Assembly (NCBI GenBank): GCA_965218435.1 | Contig: CBDCKW010000009.1 | Span: forward strand, 3,680,001-3,744,000 | DNA length: 64,000 nt | Source: Truepera sp. | Lineage (GTDB): Bacteria > Deinococcota > Deinococci > Deinococcales > Trueperaceae | Reading direction: 5' to 3' | Shown: piece after piece, positions 9,996 to 19,556 of the stretch | Numbering within the stretch: the first letter of the stretch is position 1 | How the letters are laid out: every line of letters starts with the position of its first letter | The notes under the pieces: model-generated | Seen by the model: the letters and a program-made list of their open reading frames with translations, nothing else | What the model was told of the DNA's origin: nothing | Database searches by the model: none | Position numbers and translations under genes: made by a program

Positions 9996-11210
9996 TTACA
10001 GCCGCCTTACTGCCGGTACAAGTAGGCCCACGAGTGCTAAAATAACGGTTACAAGCCCATAGATCAAAATTAGGGATGACGCTCCAAAACGCTCGGCCAA
10101 GGAACCGGTGACAACAAACCCGAGCGGCAAGAGCGCAAACGACCCGAGCATATCGAGGCTGAACACACGCCCCAGCACCTCTTCTGGAACTAGGGTTTGC
10201 ACCGCCGTCTCCCACACGACGCCGAACACGGTGAGGCTCGAGCCCACACACCCCATCGCGGTGACGCCTAAAACGAGCTGCGGGGCGAGCCCTACGCCGA
10301 CCAGCCCTAACCCGGCGGCAGCGACGGCCAGATACGCCGTCCAACCTCGACGCTGCAAGGTCAGCCGGTTGAGCGCGAGCGCCGAGAAGAGTGCGCCCCC
10401 GGCTAGTCCCGACAACAGCCAGCCGAGCGACGCCGCGCCCGCGAACCGGGACGCTGCCAGCAGCGGCAAGAGCACGCTCATAACCCCGGCAACGAAGATA
10501 TTGACAAACGAGAAAAGCACAATTGTCACCCACAACCAGCGTAAGCCCGCCACATAGCGAAAGCCTTCCCTGAGGTCGCGCCAGTAGCCTGAAGCGTTCG
10601 CCGTACCGCCAGCTTGACGCGGCACTAGACGGGGGCGCAGCGCCAGCAGGCAGAGCGCGCCGAGCACAAACGTCAGCGCGTCAAAACCGAGCGCCAAGCT
10701 CAGGCTCCCAAACGTAATCAGCAGCCCTCCGAGCGGTGGCCCGAGAATGCCTGCCAGCTCCGAAGCGAACGAGCGCAGGGCGTTGGCCTGCGTGAGCACT
10801 TCACGGGGGACGAGCTGCGGCGTGATACTCATCGCCGCAGGCATAAAAAATGCGCTCAGCAGGCCGAACAAGCCGGAGAGCACGTAAAGATGAGATAGCT
10901 CGAGCCTCCCGCCCATCATCAGTACCAGGACGACGCCCAGCAAAAGGGCGTGCAAACCGTTGCTGACGAGCATCGTGAGGCGGCGGGGAACTCTATCCAC
11001 GAGCACCCCGCCGGTCAGCAAAAAGAGCAGTTGCGGTACCGAGTAGACCGCCAGCAGCCGCCCGATTTGGGCCGCGCTGCCGCCTAACTCGAGCACCAAA
11101 AACGGCAGCGCCACGCTGTAGACGCGGTTGCCTAAAAGCGAAATACTCTGACCGAGCCAGAACCAGACGAAAGGGGCGTGCCGGAGGGGATGAGACGCTG
11201 AGCTAGCCAC
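9996..11210 (-). CDS. MFS transporter (DHA3/MefA-like)
   Basis: About 12 TMs, GVLVDRVPRR loop motif, DLREGFRYV. Confidence 0.9.
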   Translation of the reverse strand: MASSASHPLRHAPFVWFWLGQSISLLGNRVYSVALPFLVLELGGSAAQIGRLLAVYSVPQLLFLLTGGVLVDRVPRRLTMLVSNGLHALLLGVVLVLMMGGRLELSHLYVLSGLFGLLSAFFMPAAMSITPQLVPREVLTQANALRSFASELAGILGPPLGGLLITFGSLSLALGFDALTFVLGALCLLALRPRLVPRQAGGTANASGYWRDLREGFRYVAGLRWLWVTIVLFSFVNIFVAGVMSVLLPLLAASRFAGAASLGWLLSGLAGGALFSALALNRLTLQRRGWTAYLAVAAAGLGLVGVGLAPQLVLGVTAMGCVGSSLTVFGVVWETAVQTLVPEEVLGRVFSLDMLGSFALLPLGFVVTGSLAERFGASSLILIYGLVTVILALVGLLVPAVRRL

Positions 11211-11239
11211 GCCTTCAGCTTTACGCTAAGCTGCTCTCA

Positions 11240-11890
11240 GTGACAGAGAAAAGTGCAAGCAGCCCCTTGACCGTAACGACACCGGAGGCTGCGCGGATGT
11301 TGCTCGAGCCCAAACACGCCCGCTTTATCGCCCCTTTTCTCGGGCGCGAACGGCTTGTCGCGGAGGTCGCCCGAGAGATCGGTGCGCCGCTCAGCACGAC
11401 CTTCCGGCACGTGACGCGTTACTGCGAGGTCAGTATCTTAAAAGTGACGCGGGAACAGGCTCGTAAGGGCCGTGCGCTGAAATGTTACCGAACGGTGGCC
11501 GATGCTTTTTTCGTCCCGAACAGCCTGCGAGTAACGTTCCACAACGCTTGGCTGGATAAACTCGAGCGTGCCACCAAGCGAGGCGTAGAGCACGTTTACG
11601 GCGAACACTTGGCGGACTGGGGAGAGCTCATCTTTCGCAACGAAGCGGGTATCTTTTCAACCAGCCTGGCGAGAGCGCCGGGGCAGCCGGTGACTTCGCT
11701 TGCGTCCGACGCGCCCGCGATGCTCACGACCGCGCACGACGCCGTGTATCTGGATTTTGCCGACGCTAAACGCTTACAACGAGATTTACACGCGCTGCTC
11801 GAGACCTACGCAGCCAAGGGGGGAGCGCAGCGTTATCTTTTACGGCTCAGCCTCGTGCCGCTGCCGGAAGATGTCGATTTGATCCTCTAA
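11240..11890 (+). CDS. Winged-helix (ArsR-like) regulator, divergent from the MFS gene
   Basis: VAEVAREIGAPLSTTFRHV HTH and GRALKCYRT wing. Confidence 0.65.
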   Translation: MTEKSASSPLTVTTPEAARMLLEPKHARFIAPFLGRERLVAEVAREIGAPLSTTFRHVTRYCEVSILKVTREQARKGRALKCYRTVADAFFVPNSLRVTFHNAWLDKLERATKRGVEHVYGEHLADWGELIFRNEAGIFSTSLARAPGQPVTSLASDAPAMLTTAHDAVYLDFADAKRLQRDLHALLETYAAKGGAQRYLLRLSLVPLPEDVDLIL

Positions 11891-11894
11891 CGGT

Positions 11895-12545
11895 TCAGAC
11901 GGTACTGCTCGGGCAGAGGTCGCTGAGTGGACATACCGCGCACAGCGGCGTCCGGGCCAAACACACCCGCCGTCCATGAAAAATCAGGGCGTTGTGCAGA
12001 AAAATCCAGCTGTCTTCGGGGAACTGGGCCTCGAGGTCACGCTGCACTTTGTCGGGATTGGTCGCCTCCGTCAGCCCCAAGCGCCGTGAAAGCCGCCCCA
12101 CGTGCGTATCGACGGCAACCGCCGGGCGGCCAAACGCATTCGCCAGCACCACCGCCGCCGTTTTACGGCCTACCCCGGGCAGGCTCAGCACCGCGTCGAA
12201 ATCTTCCGGGACCTCGCCGCCGAAGCGTTCGGTCAGTGCCTGCGCGGTCGCCACGCAGTTTTTGGCCTTGTTACGGTACAGTCCGATGCTTTTGATAAAG
12301 GGGACAAGCTCGTCCGACGTTGCCTGCGCCATCGTGGGCGCATCCGGGTAACGGGCGAACAGCGCAGGCGAGGCGGCGTTGACGCTTTTGTCGGTGGCCT
12401 GCGCAGAAAGAATGGTCGAGATGAGCAGTTCGAAGGGGTTGTGGTGGCTGAGTTCGGTTTTGGCGTCCGGGTAGGTTTCCCTAAGTGTATTCAAAATGGC
12501 CTGCGTGCGGCTTGGCTCAATCTCTGGAGGGTTCGGCGTCATCAC
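11895..12545 (-). CDS. nth: Endonuclease III
   Basis: LSAQATDKSVN, HhH LPGVGRKTA, VDTH and the 4Fe-4S Cys cluster. Confidence 0.95.
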   Translation of the reverse strand: MMTPNPPEIEPSRTQAILNTLRETYPDAKTELSHHNPFELLISTILSAQATDKSVNAASPALFARYPDAPTMAQATSDELVPFIKSIGLYRNKAKNCVATAQALTERFGGEVPEDFDAVLSLPGVGRKTAAVVLANAFGRPAVAVDTHVGRLSRRLGLTEATNPDKVQRDLEAQFPEDSWIFLHNALIFHGRRVCLARTPLCAVCPLSDLCPSSTV

Positions 12546-12560
12546 CTAATTATGTAGGAT

Positions 12561-13184
12561 GTGAGGGTGAAAGACGAAGGCTCCGCTGTCGCTGCTTTAC
12601 AGCTTCCCGACAACTCACCGGGGGCAGTTCGTGACTTTGTTTGGAGAGAACTTTCTCGGCAACGGCAGGTCGGTTATCCGCTGCCCCCACACGGTCATCA
12701 TCCGAACTTTACCGGCGCGGCGAAGGCGGCCACGCTGCTGCTGGCGCATCTGCTCGAGGTCCAAACCCTTACCCCTGGTGACACCGTTCTTGCTTATCCC
12801 GATATGGTTTTGAAACCGCTGCGTAAAAGGCTGCTCGAGGCCGGTATCAGCGTCGTCGTACCCGCACAGCACAGCGAGCACTACCGGCTACTAAAAAGTG
12901 GCGTGGTCAACCCCGTAAAAGCTTCCTCGATTGCTGGAGCCGAACGCGAAGGTGGACTTGTGACGCTGCCTGAAGTCAGTTTTGTCTTCGTCGCCTGCGT
13001 CGCCATAAGTTCAGCCGGTGAGGTGCTGACCAAAGGCTATGGCTTCGCCCCGCCCCAGGAAGTTTCAGGGTTGCCCTCGGCCACCGTCGTTCATCCTCTG
13101 CAGATCATTCCGGGCCTTGTTCCGGACGCGCCGCCGGTGACGCTTTTTGCGACGCCTACAGAAGTGTTCAAAAAAGGTGCATAA
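12561..13184 (+). CDS. 5-formyltetrahydrofolate cyclo-ligase family protein
   Basis: PHGHHPNFTGA, KGYGF and ATVVHPLQI resemble the MTHFS-domain family. Confidence 0.65.
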   Translation: MRVKDEGSAVAALQLPDNSPGAVRDFVWRELSRQRQVGYPLPPHGHHPNFTGAAKAATLLLAHLLEVQTLTPGDTVLAYPDMVLKPLRKRLLEAGISVVVPAQHSEHYRLLKSGVVNPVKASSIAGAEREGGLVTLPEVSFVFVACVAISSAGEVLTKGYGFAPPQEVSGLPSATVVHPLQIIPGLVPDAPPVTLFATPTEVFKKGA

Positions 13185-13255
13185 GCCCTTGACCCGGGTA
13201 AACACAAGTAAAAAATCCGTCAGCCGTTTTCGGGGCTGCTTTATAAACTTGGGCT

Positions 13256-14485
13256 ATGCCCGCCTATACCTACAAAGCCAGAGACCGCAGCGGCAAACTT
13301 ATCGAGGCGGTCATGGAAGCCGCGTCACAACGCGACGTGGCCGCCAACCTCCGTGAAAAAGGGCTGATTCCTACCGAAATCGCGGTTCCCAAAACCGGGA
13401 TGCAAGCTGACATCAAACTCCCCGCTTGGTTAGACATCGGCGGGAAAACCAACCTGCGCGACGTGACCGTCTTTAGTCGGCAGTTTGCCACGGTGATTAA
13501 CGCCGGTCTGCCGGTTGTGCAGTCACTGGCCATTTTGCAGCGGCAAGCTGAAAAAGCCAGCCTCAAAGACGCGCTGAAAAAAATCCGGGAAGAGGTTGAA
13601 ACCGGCCTTCCTCTCTCCGAAGCGATGGGCAAACACCCGAAAATCTTTAACCGCCTGTACATCTATTTGGTACGCGCCGGGGAAGCCTCGGGCAACCTAG
13701 ACGGCATTTTAGAGCGGATTGCAACCTATCAGGAGAAACAGGCGGCCTTACGCGGCAAGCTTAAAAGTGCGATGACTTACCCCGGCGTCGTCCTCACGAT
13801 TGCTTTAGGCGTGACCTACTTTTTGCTCACCGGGATTGTGCCGCAGTTTGCGGGTATCTTGACGCAGCTCGGCGGCGAGTTGCCGATTATCACCAAGATT
13901 CTCATGGCGCTCAGCGACTTTTTGACGAATCAGTGGTGGGTACTCGTGCTGATGATCGTCGGCACGGTTGGCGGCATCACGCTCTTTTACCGCACCGATA
14001 AGGGCAAACATGTGATTGACGCCCTTCTTCTGAAAACGCCGGTGGTCGGCAACCTGATTCAAAAGGCGGCGATTGCGAGCTTTTCTAATACTTTCGGGCT
14101 ACTGTTAAAAAGCGGCGTCAATATCATCGAAGCGATTGAGATTACTAAAGGCACGGCGGGCAACGTCATCATTGAAGATGTGCTCGAGGAGGCCAAACAG
14201 TCGGTGCAGCGCGGCGAGCAGATCAGCGCGACGCTGATTAACCGGCCTAAAATATTTCCGCCCTTAGTCAGTTCAATGATTTCCATCGGTGAAGAGACCG
14301 GCAACGTGGACGCGATGATGGAGAAGATTGCCGGCTTTTACGAACGCGAGGTCAACGAGGCCATCGAAGGTTTGACAGCAGCCTTAGAACCGATGCTCAT
14401 CGTATTTTTAGGGGGCGTGGTCGGGTTTATCGTCGCGGGGATGTTCTTGCCGATGTTTGCGATTATGGGGCAGCTGAGCGGCTGA
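13256..14485 (+). CDS. pilC: Type IV pilus platform protein (T2SS F family)
   Basis: FSRQFATVINAG, AGEASGNLD, AMTYP, GEETG and LEPMLIV. Confidence 0.93.
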   Translation: MPAYTYKARDRSGKLIEAVMEAASQRDVAANLREKGLIPTEIAVPKTGMQADIKLPAWLDIGGKTNLRDVTVFSRQFATVINAGLPVVQSLAILQRQAEKASLKDALKKIREEVETGLPLSEAMGKHPKIFNRLYIYLVRAGEASGNLDGILERIATYQEKQAALRGKLKSAMTYPGVVLTIALGVTYFLLTGIVPQFAGILTQLGGELPIITKILMALSDFLTNQWWVLVLMIVGTVGGITLFYRTDKGKHVIDALLLKTPVVGNLIQKAAIASFSNTFGLLLKSGVNIIEAIEITKGTAGNVIIEDVLEEAKQSVQRGEQISATLINRPKIFPPLVSSMISIGEETGNVDAMMEKIAGFYEREVNEAIEGLTAALEPMLIVFLGGVVGFIVAGMFLPMFAIMGQLSG

Positions 14486-14495
14486 ACTACCGTTC

Positions 14496-15656
14496 TTAAG
14501 GTGCTTGAGAAATTACTGAATCCGGTGGCAAAGATGTCCTATAACTATCCGGCATTTGCATGATGAAGTTGAAAAAAACCGTGCTGACAAGGCTTTGAGG
14601 AATACTGAAGAGGCGACCAAAAGGCTTAATCTCCCAGTCATCGGCTCGAGCTCGTTCATAGCTTCCTTGCAGCCGAGTAATGATACTGTTGGCAGCCCGA
14701 GCTTGAGGCACGCCTTCTCTGACATAGTAAGCTGCAGCGTCACGGGCTGCCCGCCACAAAAAGTTTTGTAGCTGCGCGACGCTGTAGTGTTTCAGAATAG
14801 TTGTCAATACATCAACTGTTTTCTCGCCAACTTGAAGCCGAAAGTGGTGTTCGGCAGCGTAGTGCTGAAGAAGCTCTAATCCCTCTTGTAAAACTATCTC
14901 TTGCCAAACTCCGGGAACGCTTGCTTGCCACTTAGGTGGAAGCCCCTCAGCAATTATGCTCTCGAGCGTCGAGGCAGTTTCTCTCAAGCTCCTCCGTTCA
15001 GGCATTACCCAATGGACTTTGTAAAGGTAGAACGACTTCGGCTCACCTTCAGTAAACTCGAAGGCGCTGATACTGCTTCCTGGATGTGGTGTGAGCAAAG
15101 CTCTATTGAAAACGTAATTGAGGACGTCACTGGTAAACTCTTTGTGCGGTGTGAGCGGGTCGTCAAAATAGTCCACAGGTTTTATGTAGCTATAATCTTC
15201 AGCTGCGCCGCCCCTAATCATGCCAAGCATTACAACCGCGTCCATGAGAGAGTACTCTTCTGTCGGACGTGCCGCGCGATTTTGCGGCTCCCACGCTTTA
15301 ATAATCTCGTCTCGTTGAATCTGCTCCGCCTTCAGTTTCGCTTCTACTATCTGCTGCTTCTCACTTGCAAGGCAATCAGAGCAAGTCCATGTTTTAGACG
15401 GTTTTCTCTCGCTAAAGCTAGTCCGGCTGGTCAAAGGGTAGTAGCGTCCGCAGGCGCTACATTGTTTGTCAGTTGCCATAGCAGCTGTATATTGGCGTAT
15501 AAGAGAAGTGAGAGTTTGCACTGGAATACCTAGCTCTTCGGCTATGTCTCCAGTGAAATAGACGAATTTGTCGGCTTCATCAACTAACCAGTATTTGCGT
15601 GCAGCTGTTGAGAAATTTTCATCGTCACTATGAATAGAAAACTTAATCTTGTCCAT
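14496..15656 (-). CDS. Hypothetical protein with N-terminal HTH-like segment and CxxC..CxxC Zn ribbon
   Basis: 386-aa ORF, lower GC than its flanks, CSAC..CSDC. Confidence 0.7.
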   Translation of the reverse strand: MDKIKFSIHSDDENFSTAARKYWLVDEADKFVYFTGDIAEELGIPVQTLTSLIRQYTAAMATDKQCSACGRYYPLTSRTSFSERKPSKTWTCSDCLASEKQQIVEAKLKAEQIQRDEIIKAWEPQNRAARPTEEYSLMDAVVMLGMIRGGAAEDYSYIKPVDYFDDPLTPHKEFTSDVLNYVFNRALLTPHPGSSISAFEFTEGEPKSFYLYKVHWVMPERRSLRETASTLESIIAEGLPPKWQASVPGVWQEIVLQEGLELLQHYAAEHHFRLQVGEKTVDVLTTILKHYSVAQLQNFLWRAARDAAAYYVREGVPQARAANSIITRLQGSYERARADDWEIKPFGRLFSIPQSLVSTVFFNFIMQMPDSYRTSLPPDSVISQAP

Positions 15657-15684
15657 GTAGTTGAAGCTATTATTTCACGTCCAG

Positions 15685-15859
15685 CAGGGCTACCGCAAAG
15701 TCCAAAAAGGCTTTTGAAACGAAAGTTTGACTAAGATAGATGCTTACGTTGAAGAGCAATTCAACAACAATTTCCGGCTTTACTCGGGAGGTGGCGCTTT
15801 CAGAAGAAAAGTCATTTGCTCCTGTGACTTACTGGGATGCCGACTTTGCGGTAGCCCTG
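15685..15859 (+). mobile_element. 175-bp MITE, probably ISAs1-derived
   Basis: Perfect 18-bp TIRs CAGGGCTACCGCAAAGTC (15685-15702 / 15842-15859) and an 8-bp TSD ACGTCCAG (15677-15684 / 15860-15867). Confidence 0.88.
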
Positions 15860-15953
15860 ACGTCCAGTAACCTCATGTTTACGTTGCACCGCCTCCTGTG
15901 CTAAGCTATCAAGGTTGATTACGGTTTGAACCTTCATCAAATTAAGGAGCATC

Positions 15954-16229
15954 ATGGCAAGAAACCCATCGGCGATGAAGTACCACCGCCAAGCCCAAAA
16001 AGCCCGCGCTCAAAACCGCGCCGCGAAAAGCACCATCCGCACGTTCGGTAAAAAAGCTGCTGCCGCCGCCGAAGCCGGTGACGCCGAGGCCGCCGCCAAG
16101 TTTCAGCGCGTTACGGTCAGCTTGATTGACCGGGCCGCTAAAGGTTCGACGTTACATAAAAACGCCGCAGCGAGGCGTAAATCACGTCTTGCGAAAAGGT
16201 TAAATAAGGCGCTCGAGGCCGCCGCCTAA
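15954..16229 (+). CDS. rpsT: 30S ribosomal protein S20
   Basis: [13 protein letters not shown] motif and AAGGAG RBS. Confidence 0.95.
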   Translation: MARNPSAMKYHRQAQKARAQNRAAKSTIRTFGKKAAAAAEAGDAEAAAKFQRVTVSLIDRAAKGSTLHKNAAARRKSRLAKRLNKALEAAA

Positions 16230-16249
16230 ACACAGCTCAAACGCAAACG

Positions 16250-16274
16250 AAGCTCCCGAAGTGGGAGCTTTTTT
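16250..16274 (+). terminator. Rho-independent terminator after rpsT
   Basis: AAGCTCCC gaagt GGGAGCTT followed by a T run. Confidence 0.8.
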
Positions 16275-16962
16275 AGTGGTTTTCTGGAACACCGTGCAGG
16301 TGGTAGGGGAGACCCGGTTCGGTGTAGTCGAACGTTTGAGAGCTGCGAAGGGTCAGCTCGAGCGGCGCAATGCCCGCTCTCACCTCGGTCGGCAGCCCTG
16401 CAGTCGGAAACCACGGTCTGTTCATCTCTGCCACAATTAATAGCCCGTGCGCGTCACCGACAGCTGCAAACTTTTCTTCAGCTTCACGGTAAGGTTCTAA
16501 GCCTAAGTCACCCAGACCGGAGACGGTTTTGAGCACATCCGGTACAACATACCCGACTTCGCTGACGTTCAAAATGTGCTGTGAATCAAATGGGGCAGTG
16601 CTGGCGTTGGAAAGTTCGTGGCGAGCGATGAACTCTACGATATTTCCGTCCGCGTCTAAGAAGTACACCTGTTCAGCGTTCCAGCTTTCAGAGAAAAATT
16701 GGTCTTGTCCAGCTTCCTTAAGCAGCTCTACCCGTTCTAACAGCCACGTTTTCGCTTCAGCTAGCTTGTTTTCCGGGATATTAAAAGCGAAATGATACGG
16801 TCTCAACTCTACTGCCGTACTGAACTGCAGTGCCGTAAACCCTACTTTTACAGTGAAAGATTCGGGAGTTTGCTCGAGCAGCCCCAGTCCCAACGTCCCA
16901 CCGTAAAAGTTGCGTTGACGCGTTAAGTCTCGCGTGCTGAGGCGAAGCTCGAGAAACTCCAT
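16273..16962 (-). CDS. VOC/glyoxalase family protein
   Basis: YHFAFNIP and YFLDADGNIVEFIAR. Confidence 0.82.
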   Translation of the reverse strand: MEFLELRLSTRDLTRQRNFYGGTLGLGLLEQTPESFTVKVGFTALQFSTAVELRPYHFAFNIPENKLAEAKTWLLERVELLKEAGQDQFFSESWNAEQVYFLDADGNIVEFIARHELSNASTAPFDSQHILNVSEVGYVVPDVLKTVSGLGDLGLEPYREAEEKFAAVGDAHGLLIVAEMNRPWFPTAGLPTEVRAGIAPLELTLRSSQTFDYTEPGLPYHLHGVPENH

Positions 16963-16968
16963 TAGCTC

Positions 16969-17553
16969 TCAGCCGTAACGCTCTTCCTTAAACGGGTCGC
17001 CGCGCATGTGGTAGCCGTTCCGCTCCCAAAAGCCCGGTTTGTCACCCTTCATAAACTCCATGCCGGAAAGCCACTTCGCGCTTTTCCAAGCGTAAAGGTG
17101 CGGAACGATGGTCCGAACCGGGCCGCCGTGTTCGGTGGGGATGTCTTTACCCTCCAACTTATGCGCCACCATACAGTTTTCCGCCGTAAAATCTTCGATT
17201 GAAAGGTTGGTGGTGTAGCCGCCGTAACAGTGAAACAAGATATGCGTCGCTGCGGGGTCGGGCTCGAGGTGCTTCATCAGTTCAGAAGTCAAGACGCCCG
17301 TCCAGCTTACGTCCATCTTCGACCAGTGCGTGACGCAGTGAAAATCTTTGGTCATATCGGTTTGCGGCATGGCTAAGAGGTCGTCCCAGCTGAAAGTCTT
17401 CTCCTTAGCCAGGCCGAATACGCGCAGCTCAAACTCCGCTCGGGTCACGCGCGGCGTCGGGCCGTAGGTCATAATCGGGAAACGTTCGGTAACGCTCTGC
17501 CCCGCCGGAACTTTGGGGTTGTCGGGTTGTTTGCGAAAGATATTTCCGAGCAT
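16969..17553 (-). CDS. Sulfite oxidase-like molybdopterin oxidoreductase
   Basis: DFHCVTHWS, EHGGPVR, YAWKSAKW and GFWERNGYH. Confidence 0.88.
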   Translation of the reverse strand: MLGNIFRKQPDNPKVPAGQSVTERFPIMTYGPTPRVTRAEFELRVFGLAKEKTFSWDDLLAMPQTDMTKDFHCVTHWSKMDVSWTGVLTSELMKHLEPDPAATHILFHCYGGYTTNLSIEDFTAENCMVAHKLEGKDIPTEHGGPVRTIVPHLYAWKSAKWLSGMEFMKGDKPGFWERNGYHMRGDPFKEERYG

Positions 17554-17683
17554 CGTTTAGCTTAGCACGCAGCTCCGGTAGAAAAAGTTGTCTTCGGCGG
17601 GTTTTACGGTAGATTTTGCGGTGGGTTTTGAGTTGGGCGCTTTACACTTAAATAGACAGTCTCAAACAGGTAGTCTTAACCAT

Positions 17684-18388
17684 ATGGCTGCGCTTCGTAT
17701 CGTTTTAGTAAGGCCCAAAGACCCGGCGAACATCGGCTCAGCGGCTCGAGCGATGAAAAACTTCGGCCTGAGTGAGCTCTACCTCGCCTCACCGCAGCGC
17801 CCGGTGAACCGGCACGCCTACGCGCTCGCGTCGCACGCCGGAGATGTGTTAGACAGCGCCGTCGTCTGTGAAACAGTCGCTGAAACGCTGGTCGGTTGCA
17901 CGCTCGTTCTCGGGACGACGGCGCGCCCGAGAGACTCCGAGATGCGCGTGTACAGTCTCAGGGAAGCCGCTGAAACGCTGCCACAGGGAGGTGTTGCTAT
18001 CCTTTTCGGCCCGGAGGATTACGGCCTCAGCAACGAGGATTTGCGCCACTGCCAGGGATATATTCAGATTCCGACCGCCGAATATGCGTCCTTAAATCTC
18101 GCCCAAGCCGTGCAACTCGTTGCCTACGAATGGTTTGTTGCTACTGCTGACCGAGAAAGCCTGTCTGCCGCGCGTGAAGTGGCCCCCAGAGAGAGGCTCG
18201 AAGGGCTGTACACGCATCTGCTGGAAATGCTCTACACCATCGGGTATACCGACGCCCAACGTGAGGGGGGTGCCGACGCGATGTTTCGCGCCATCTTTGA
18301 CCGCGCCGAGCTGAGCGAGCGCGAAGTTGCGGCGCTACGCGGCGTGTGGCGGCAGGTTTTATGGGCGGTAGCTAATAACTCCCGTTGA
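17684..18388 (+). CDS. trmJ: TrmJ/TrmH (SPOUT) RNA methyltransferase
   Basis: NIGSAARAMKNFG, FGPEDYGLSN and SLNLAQAV. Confidence 0.85.
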   Translation: MAALRIVLVRPKDPANIGSAARAMKNFGLSELYLASPQRPVNRHAYALASHAGDVLDSAVVCETVAETLVGCTLVLGTTARPRDSEMRVYSLREAAETLPQGGVAILFGPEDYGLSNEDLRHCQGYIQIPTAEYASLNLAQAVQLVAYEWFVATADRESLSAAREVAPRERLEGLYTHLLEMLYTIGYTDAQREGGADAMFRAIFDRAELSEREVAALRGVWRQVLWAVANNSR

Positions 18389-18414
18389 CACTCCCTAAGC
18401 TCCGCTTGTATACT
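18385..18414 (+). promoter_or_regulatory. Sigma-70 promoter of the tRNA cluster
   Basis: TTGACA-18 bp-TATACT. Confidence 0.75.
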
Positions 18415-18445
18415 CATGGACGCTGACCTGAGGGTTGTCCCTCGA

Positions 18446-18535
18446 GGAGGGTTGGCCGAGCGGTTTAAGGCGGCAGTCTTGAAAACTGCAGTAGGGGCAA
18501 CCTTACCGGGGGTTCGAATCCCTCACCCTCCGCCA
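18446..18535 (+). tRNA. tRNA-Ser(TGA)
   Basis: Cloverleaf with long variable arm, anticodon arm GCAGT-CT TGA AA-ACTGC, GTTCGAATC, CCA end. Confidence 0.97.
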
Positions 18536-18558
18536 TAACACGTTCAGCGGTACAGTCT

Positions 18559-18650
<92 letters not shown>

Positions 18651-18726
18651 GAATGTCAGGGGTATCATCCCTAAAGAAGTTAGTGGTAGCGGCTAGAAAG
18701 TTACTGATGATAACAGTAATTAGTTT

Positions 18727-18803
<77 letters not shown>

Positions 18804-18806
18804 AAG

Positions 18807-18837
18807 AACCCCCGTCAGGGACGGGGGTTTTCTTTTG
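18807..18837 (+). terminator. Terminator after the tRNA cluster
   Basis: AACCCCCGTC agg GACGGGGGTT followed by TTCTTTT. Confidence 0.85.
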
Positions 18838-18926
18838 CCCTTGGTGTGATTGGTTGCCAACAAAGACAAAATGTATGCCTACGGTGTGCCGCTTCTAAAC
18901 GCGCAGATTATGAAGATATGGATTGT

Positions 18927-19314
18927 CTAGGATCGGTACACTACGGCCTTTCGCCGCTTGGGACGGAGAGCGCACTATCTTTTGCTCGAGCCTCGTCTGC
19001 CGGAACGTCTTGTGTAAGCAAGGGTAACGTGACGACTGCCCTGTCTCTGCAAAAGAGCAGCAACGGCGTCTCGGGTAATCTGCGCTTCGCCGCGCCCGCT
19101 TGCATTAGCGTATACGAGCGGGCAAGTGCTTTTTGCCACCCTGCCTTTACGAGCGGCGCAATCCGCTCAGAAACGTCTCGGGGCCGAATACACTCCGGTG
19201 TAAGAGCGCTGCAAAGCTGTCCTCAGCCAGCGTTTTGTTGAAGTCGAAGAAGGCGATACGGTCAAATACGGGCTGCGCGGCTCGGCTCATCTGTGAGGAT
19301 TCGTTTGATAACAT
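18927..19314 (-). pseudogene. Probable remnant of a HAD-superfamily hydrolase
   Basis: RIAFFDFNKTLAEDSF (degenerate DxDxT), then a frameshift to ERIAPLVKAGWQKALARSYTL. Truncated. Confidence 0.4.
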
Positions 19315-19380
19315 AGCCAGGCTACCCGGAAGTGGGGCCTAAAAACCAAAGGGTAGCGGCGCGGACGAAGAGCATTGATT

Positions 19381-19482
19381 TAGCATTTCCATAAAAGGTT
19401 GCCACAAGTATCATCGCAGAATGTGCGTGCTGGTCAGCTAAGCTTAGATTGAGAGCGTTGCCGACCAGATGATACCTGCTAA
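19381..19482 (-). repeat. Dispersed intergenic repeat, long copy
   Basis: Reverse complement of 34702-34803 with about 5 mismatches. Confidence 0.9.
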
Positions 19483-19556
19483 TTCTAGGGGAGCACTCGA
19501 GGTTTTGCAAAAGGCAAAAAGCGTCCCTTCGCTTTTACCGGGCCGACACAAGAATG

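Noticed and set aside
14901..15533. 210-aa plus-strand ORF
   Set aside because: It is an antisense shadow of the 386-aa gene with no recognisable motifs.
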